Source: Spirochaetia bacterium
Lineage (GTDB): Bacteria > Spirochaetota > Spirochaetia > SZUA-6 > Bin103
Assembly (NCBI GenBank): GCA_965208575.1
Contig: CBDBOV010000004.1
Span: 1,248,001 to 1,312,000, forward strand
Direction: 5' to 3'
Length of the DNA stretch: 64,000 nucleotides
This document shows positions 59,701-64,000 of this stretch, one piece after another; positions within the stretch are counted from its first letter, which is position 1, and each line of letters begins with the position of its first letter. A program made the position numbers and the translations under genes. The notes below the pieces were generated by a model that saw only the letters and a list, made by a program, of their open reading frames with translations, searched no databases and had not been told where the DNA came from.

Positions 59701-60564
59701 GCGCCGGCTGACTCCGGTCGGGCTACGCCCTCCGTCCGTCAGCGGGGTACAGCATCTCCTCCGCCCCGTTCGATCCCGACGGCTCCGGTGTCGCAACCTC
59801 GTCGCCTACCCCGTCCCGGCGGTGGGGAATTGTCATGACCCTGCCCCGGGCAACGCACCTCGGTGCAGTTGTCCGGGGCGCCTCGCTCCGTGCGCTCCGC
59901 AGCAACCTGCGCGCCGCTCGCGGCGTGGGCGGCATCACCCGGCTCGGCAAATGACTTCTGAGCGTCTCTGACGCCCGTATATCCGTGAGCCAGACGGTCG
60001 GCGTCAAGAAATGTCGCCTCAGCCGCGCTGTAAGGCCTCTCCGCGACACGAGGTGGTGTCTGGACATCCCCGTGTCACCAGCACCGAAGTCGCCTCCAGA
60101 CCCGTCCGCCCCCTCTTCGGTCAGCGACACGACACGGCACCGACCACCTCCCTGCCGTTGACGCCTCCTCATCCGCGCCGACCAACCAGATACGCCCCCG
60201 GTCGCGTTGGTGTGCTTGAATCAACCCGGCCGGTCGCCCAGCAGCCTATCCACTTATCCACAATTTATGAGTCTCCCCCCTCGCGCTCCCCCCTCGTTCT
60301 CCGCCTCCCTTTCGGTTAGATTCTTACGTGAGGCACGCTCACCGTAAGGTTAGATTTTTACGTGAGGCAATAGGGTGGGCACGGCCCGGCAGGCCCGGCA
60401 GCGCCTGGTCAGCAGCCCGGCAGCCAGGTTCGCCTGCGAACCACGAACGCGGTGTCCTTTGACGGCCCGGCCCAGGGAAGTGGGGGGCCCGAGACGCGAC
60501 CCGGACCCGGCGAGCGCGGTGCGGGCGTTTGACCAGCGCCCGGCGGCACCGGTATCGTGCGCGC

Positions 60565-62628
60565 GTGTCGGGCACTGGCGTCGCCCTCAATCCCCAACAG
60601 GAGCGGGCGGCAGCCGCCATCGACGGCCCGGTCATGGTGCTTGCCGGCGCCGGCTCCGGCAAGACGCGGGTCATCACCGCACGGCTGGCGCGCATGCTGA
60701 GCGCCGGTATCGATCCGCGCTCCATCGTCGCCCTCACCTTCACCAACAAGGCCGCCGCCGAGATGCGCGAGCGCGCCGGCACTTCCCGGCGCGGCCGGCG
60801 GGCCGCCCCCACGGTAAGCACGTTCCACGCCCTGGGCCTGCAACTGGTGCGCCGCTACAGTGCCGAGCTGGGATTCCGCACCGGTGCCGCCGCGCCGGTC
60901 ACGGTGTACGACCAGCAGGACAGCGCCGCGCTCCTGCGCGAGGTGGCGCGCGACCTGCGCGTCGACGCCGACCTGGCGGAGGCCGACCCGGCCGTGCTGC
61001 AACGCCTGGTGTCCGCCATGCGCATGGGCGGCGCGGGCGTCCCGGACGTGGAGAGCGCAAGCGAGCAGTTGCGCGGACTGGTGTCCGCCTACCGGCGCCG
61101 GCTGCGCCTCTACCACGCGGTCGACTTCGACGACCTGATCCTGCTGCCGCTGGAGCTGCTGCGCGGCGAGTCGGGCAACGACCTCCGGACGCGCTTCAGC
61201 CACGTGATGGTGGACGAGTTCCAGGACACCTCGCGGCGCCAGTATCAGCTCCTGCACGGTCTCGGCGGGGCCTCTCGCAACGTGTGCGTGGTGGGCGACG
61301 ACGACCAGTCGATCTACTCCTGGCGCGGTGCCGAGGCGGCCAACTTCGACCACTTCAGCCGCGATTTCCCGGAACGGCTGGAGATCAAGCTGGAACAGAA
61401 CTACCGCTCCACCGGCTCCATCCTGGCGTTCGCCAACGCGGTCATCGGCGGCAACAGCGGGCGGCGCCCGAAGAAGCTGTGGAGCAGCGGAGGCGCCGGC
61501 GAGCACGTGATGGCCACCTATCCGGACAGCGACGCCGACGAAGCGGAGTGGATCGTGCGCCGGATCCGCAGTCTGGCACTGGCCAGCGGCCTGCGCTACG
61601 CCGACTGCGCCGTGCTGGTACGCGCCAACAACCTTACCCGCGCCGTGGAGGAAGTGCTGCTGCGCGAGGGCATCGCCTACCAGGTGTCGGGCGGCATGAG
61701 CTTCTTCAGCCGGCGCGAGGTGCGCGACCTGATCGCCTACCTGCGCGTGCTGGCCAACCCGGACGACGACGTGAGCATGCGGCGCATCGTCAACACCCCG
61801 CGCCGCGGCCTGGGCGCCGCCGCCCTGGAGCGCATCACCGCCACCGCCGAGGCGCACCGCTGCTCGCTGTACTCGGCCATGGTCCTGATCGGCAGCGGCA
61901 AGGAGGCCGCATCACCTCCGCCCGAGCACGCCCGCCTGCGCGCGCCGGCCGGCGAGTTCGTGGAGTTGCTGGAGCGCTTCGCGGCGCGCGTCCGCGGCGG
62001 CGAACGGAGCCGTACCATGGCGCCGGTGCTCGCCGACCTGGTCGACGAACTGCAGTACCGCAACCACTTGCTGGACGGCGTCCGGCTCGATGCCGCACGC
62101 TGGAAGCTGGCCAACGTCGACGCCGTCATCGACTCGCTGGCATCCTTCGAGCAGCACCCGGACCGCATCACGCCCACCCTGGCCGACTACCTAGCGCGCA
62201 CCGCCCTGGTAAGCCGCGACGACGACTCCCCGGACCGCGGCGGCGATCCGCGCGGGCGCGTGCAGCTCATGACCATCCACGCCGCCAAGGGGCTGGAGTT
62301 CGACACCGTGTTCATCGCCGGCGCCGACGACGGCTCCATCCCGCACGCGCGTTCGCTCGCCGACAGCGAGGCCAACCTCGCCGAGGAGCGGCGCCTGTTC
62401 TACGTCGCCGCCACCCGCGCCCGCCGCCGCCTGTTCATCACCTGCCCGGCGGTGCGCAGGCGGCGCGGCCCCGGCGGCCGTCCCGAGCAGCACCCCGCCG
62501 AGCCGTCCCGCTTCCTGGCCGAGATACCGCCCCACCTGGTCGACGGCGCCCCGGACGAACAGGAGCTGGCCCCCGAGCAGGCCTCCGCGCTGTTCGCCGA
62601 CCTCAAGCGCCGCCTCGCCTCGCGCTAG
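60565..62628 (+). CDS. UvrD/Rep/PcrA SF1 DNA helicase
   Basis: AGAGSGKT, TFTNKAA.EM, VDEFQD, VGDDDQSIY.WRGA, QNYRS, TIHAAKGLEF, EERRLFYVA.TRA. Confidence 0.95.
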   Translation: MSGTGVALNPQQERAAAAIDGPVMVLAGAGSGKTRVITARLARMLSAGIDPRSIVALTFTNKAAAEMRERAGTSRRGRRAAPTVSTFHALGLQLVRRYSAELGFRTGAAAPVTVYDQQDSAALLREVARDLRVDADLAEADPAVLQRLVSAMRMGGAGVPDVESASEQLRGLVSAYRRRLRLYHAVDFDDLILLPLELLRGESGNDLRTRFSHVMVDEFQDTSRRQYQLLHGLGGASRNVCVVGDDDQSIYSWRGAEAANFDHFSRDFPERLEIKLEQNYRSTGSILAFANAVIGGNSGRRPKKLWSSGGAGEHVMATYPDSDADEAEWIVRRIRSLALASGLRYADCAVLVRANNLTRAVEEVLLREGIAYQVSGGMSFFSRREVRDLIAYLRVLANPDDDVSMRRIVNTPRRGLGAAALERITATAEAHRCSLYSAMVLIGSGKEAASPPPEHARLRAPAGEFVELLERFAARVRGGERSRTMAPVLADLVDELQYRNHLLDGVRLDAARWKLANVDAVIDSLASFEQHPDRITPTLADYLARTALVSRDDDSPDRGGDPRGRVQLMTIHAAKGLEFDTVFIAGADDGSIPHARSLADSEANLAEERRLFYVAATRARRRLFITCPAVRRRRGPGGRPEQHPAEPSRFLAEIPPHLVDGAPDEQELAPEQASALFADLKRRLASR

Positions 62629-62679
62629 GAACGGAGGGGCATTTGCGCACGGGCGACGGGGCCGAACGGGCAGTCGCAT

Positions 62680-62708
62680 TTGACATGGCGCGGCGGTTTT
62701 CTTAGGTT
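62680..62708 (+). promoter_or_regulatory. ppdK promoter
   Basis: TTGACA-N17-TAGGTT. Confidence 0.65.
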
Positions 62709-62794
62709 GCGTGCGACGGGACAGGCCGGAAACGGCCGTACTTCCTCACCTCCCGGAAACCGCAACCCGATCTGATCAGAACGAGGTAAATCCC

Positions 62795-64000
62795 ATGCCC
62801 GAAAACAATAATTCGACCAAGAACGTGTACTTCTTCGGCGCCGGCAGCGCCGAGGGCAAGGCCGAGATGAAGGAACTGCTCGGCGGCAAGGGCGCCAACC
62901 TGGCCGAGATGACCAACCTCGGCATCCCGGTGCCGCCCGGGTTCACCATCTCCACCGAGGTGTGCGCGGCGTTCTACGACAATGAGCGCACCTACCCCGC
63001 CGGCCTCCGCGAGGAGGTGGCCGAGCACCTGGAACGGCTGGAGACGATGATGGGCAAGAAGCTCGGCGACGCCGGCGACCCGCTGCTGGTCAGCGTGCGC
63101 TCCGGCGCCGCCCAGTCGATGCCGGGCATGATGGACACGGTGCTCAACCTCGGCCTCAACGACGCCGCGGTGCAGGGCCTGGCCGAGCAGTCGGGCAACG
63201 CGCGCTTCGCCAAGGACGCCTACCGGCGCTTCATCCAGATGTACGGCGACGTGGTGATGGGCGTGGAACATGAGAACTTCGAGCACGCCCTCGACGCCGC
63301 CAAGAAGCGCAAGGGGGTAACCGAGGACACCGGCCTGGATGCCGACGACCTGGACGGCGTCATCGCCGCCTACAAGGAGATCTACGCCAGCCACACCGGC
63401 AGCCCGTTTCCGCAGGCGCCGCTCGATCAGCTCTGGGGCGCCATCGACGCCGTGTTCGGCTCCTGGAACAGCACGCGGGCGATCCGCTACCGGCAGATTG
63501 AAGGCATCAAGGGACTGCTCGGTACCGCCGTCAACGTACAGTCGATGGTGTTCGGCAACTTCGGCGACGACTCCGGCACCGGCGTCTGCTTCACCCGCGA
63601 CCCGTCCACCGGCGAGAACACCTTCTACGGCGAATACCTGATCAACGCCCAGGGCGAGGACGTGGTGGCCGGCATCCGCACGCCGCTGCCGCTCAGCCGG
63701 TTGCGCGACACCGCCCCCGAGATGATGACCCAGTTGGAAGGGGTGCGCGAGCGGCTGGAGCAGCACTACCGCGACATGCAGGACATGGAGTTCACCATCC
63801 AGCAGGGCCGGCTGTTCCTGCTGCAGACCCGCAACGGCAAGCGCACCGGTCCGGCCGCGGTCAAGCTGGCCATCGACATGGTGAACGAGGGGCTGGTCTC
63901 GCGGCGGGAGGCGATCGGTCGCGTAACGGCCGACCTGCTCGACCAGTGCCTGCATCCGATGATCCGGGCGGAGGCGCGGCAGTCGGCCACGGTGCTCGCC
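62795..64000 (+). CDS. ppdK: Pyruvate, phosphate dikinase (runs off window)
   Basis: [57 protein letters not shown]. Confidence 0.96.
   Translation, partial: MPENNNSTKNVYFFGAGSAEGKAEMKELLGGKGANLAEMTNLGIPVPPGFTISTEVCAAFYDNERTYPAGLREEVAEHLERLETMMGKKLGDAGDPLLVSVRSGAAQSMPGMMDTVLNLGLNDAAVQGLAEQSGNARFAKDAYRRFIQMYGDVVMGVEHENFEHALDAAKKRKGVTEDTGLDADDLDGVIAAYKEIYASHTGSPFPQAPLDQLWGAIDAVFGSWNSTRAIRYRQIEGIKGLLGTAVNVQSMVFGNFGDDSGTGVCFTRDPSTGENTFYGEYLINAQGEDVVAGIRTPLPLSRLRDTAPEMMTQLEGVRERLEQHYRDMQDMEFTIQQGRLFLLQTRNGKRTGPAAVKLAIDMVNEGLVSRREAIGRVTADLLDQCLHPMIRAEARQSATVLA

Larger units (their letters stand above)
56580..60374 (+). mobile_element. rve/DDE (IS481/ISNCY-like) element, 3795 bp, with paired terminal repeats
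   Basis: Two TG(A/C)CTCA...AATCTAACC units at each end in inverted orientation; GTGGG direct repeat at 56575-56579 and 60375-60379. Confidence 0.82.

Noticed and set aside
26960-60262. Replication origin suggested by DnaA-like boxes
   Set aside because: The boxes lie inside IS ends; no AT-rich unwinding element or dnaA/dnaN

Overview
High-GC bacterial chromosome segment. PpdK, the solute-binding-protein style and the sulfatase/PhyH richness suggest a Spirochaetota-like, possibly host-associated lineage (inference only). 1-17 kb: catabolic genes (transketolase, aminopeptidase, sulfatases, PhyH, Gfo/Idh/MocA, amidohydrolase, MFS) interleaved with at least four type II TA modules. 17.9-21.2 kb: head-to-tail dimer of an IS110 element whose upstream non-coding end has two parallel loops matching its own target and donor junctions (bridge-RNA-like), with Thr at the usual catalytic Ser position. 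21.7-25.1 kb: sugar ABC transporter. 25.3-33.6 kb: nest of IS elements (two IS3-A copies; a cargo-carrying IS3-B inserted into another copy of itself; a split DUF772 transposase) disrupting a sterol-desaturase gene. 34-48.7 kb: sulfatases, a decaying peptide ABC locus with IS1634, transaldolase-like gene, iolD. Then tRNA-Val, mscS, amtB, pstCAB-phoU, a 3.8-kb rve-type IS, a UvrD helicase and ppdK (partial). Other signals: structured non-coding modules shared by unrelated IS elements, duplicated gene termini flanking inserted DNA, and frequent leaderless promoter architecture. All coordinates and alignments were read by eye.
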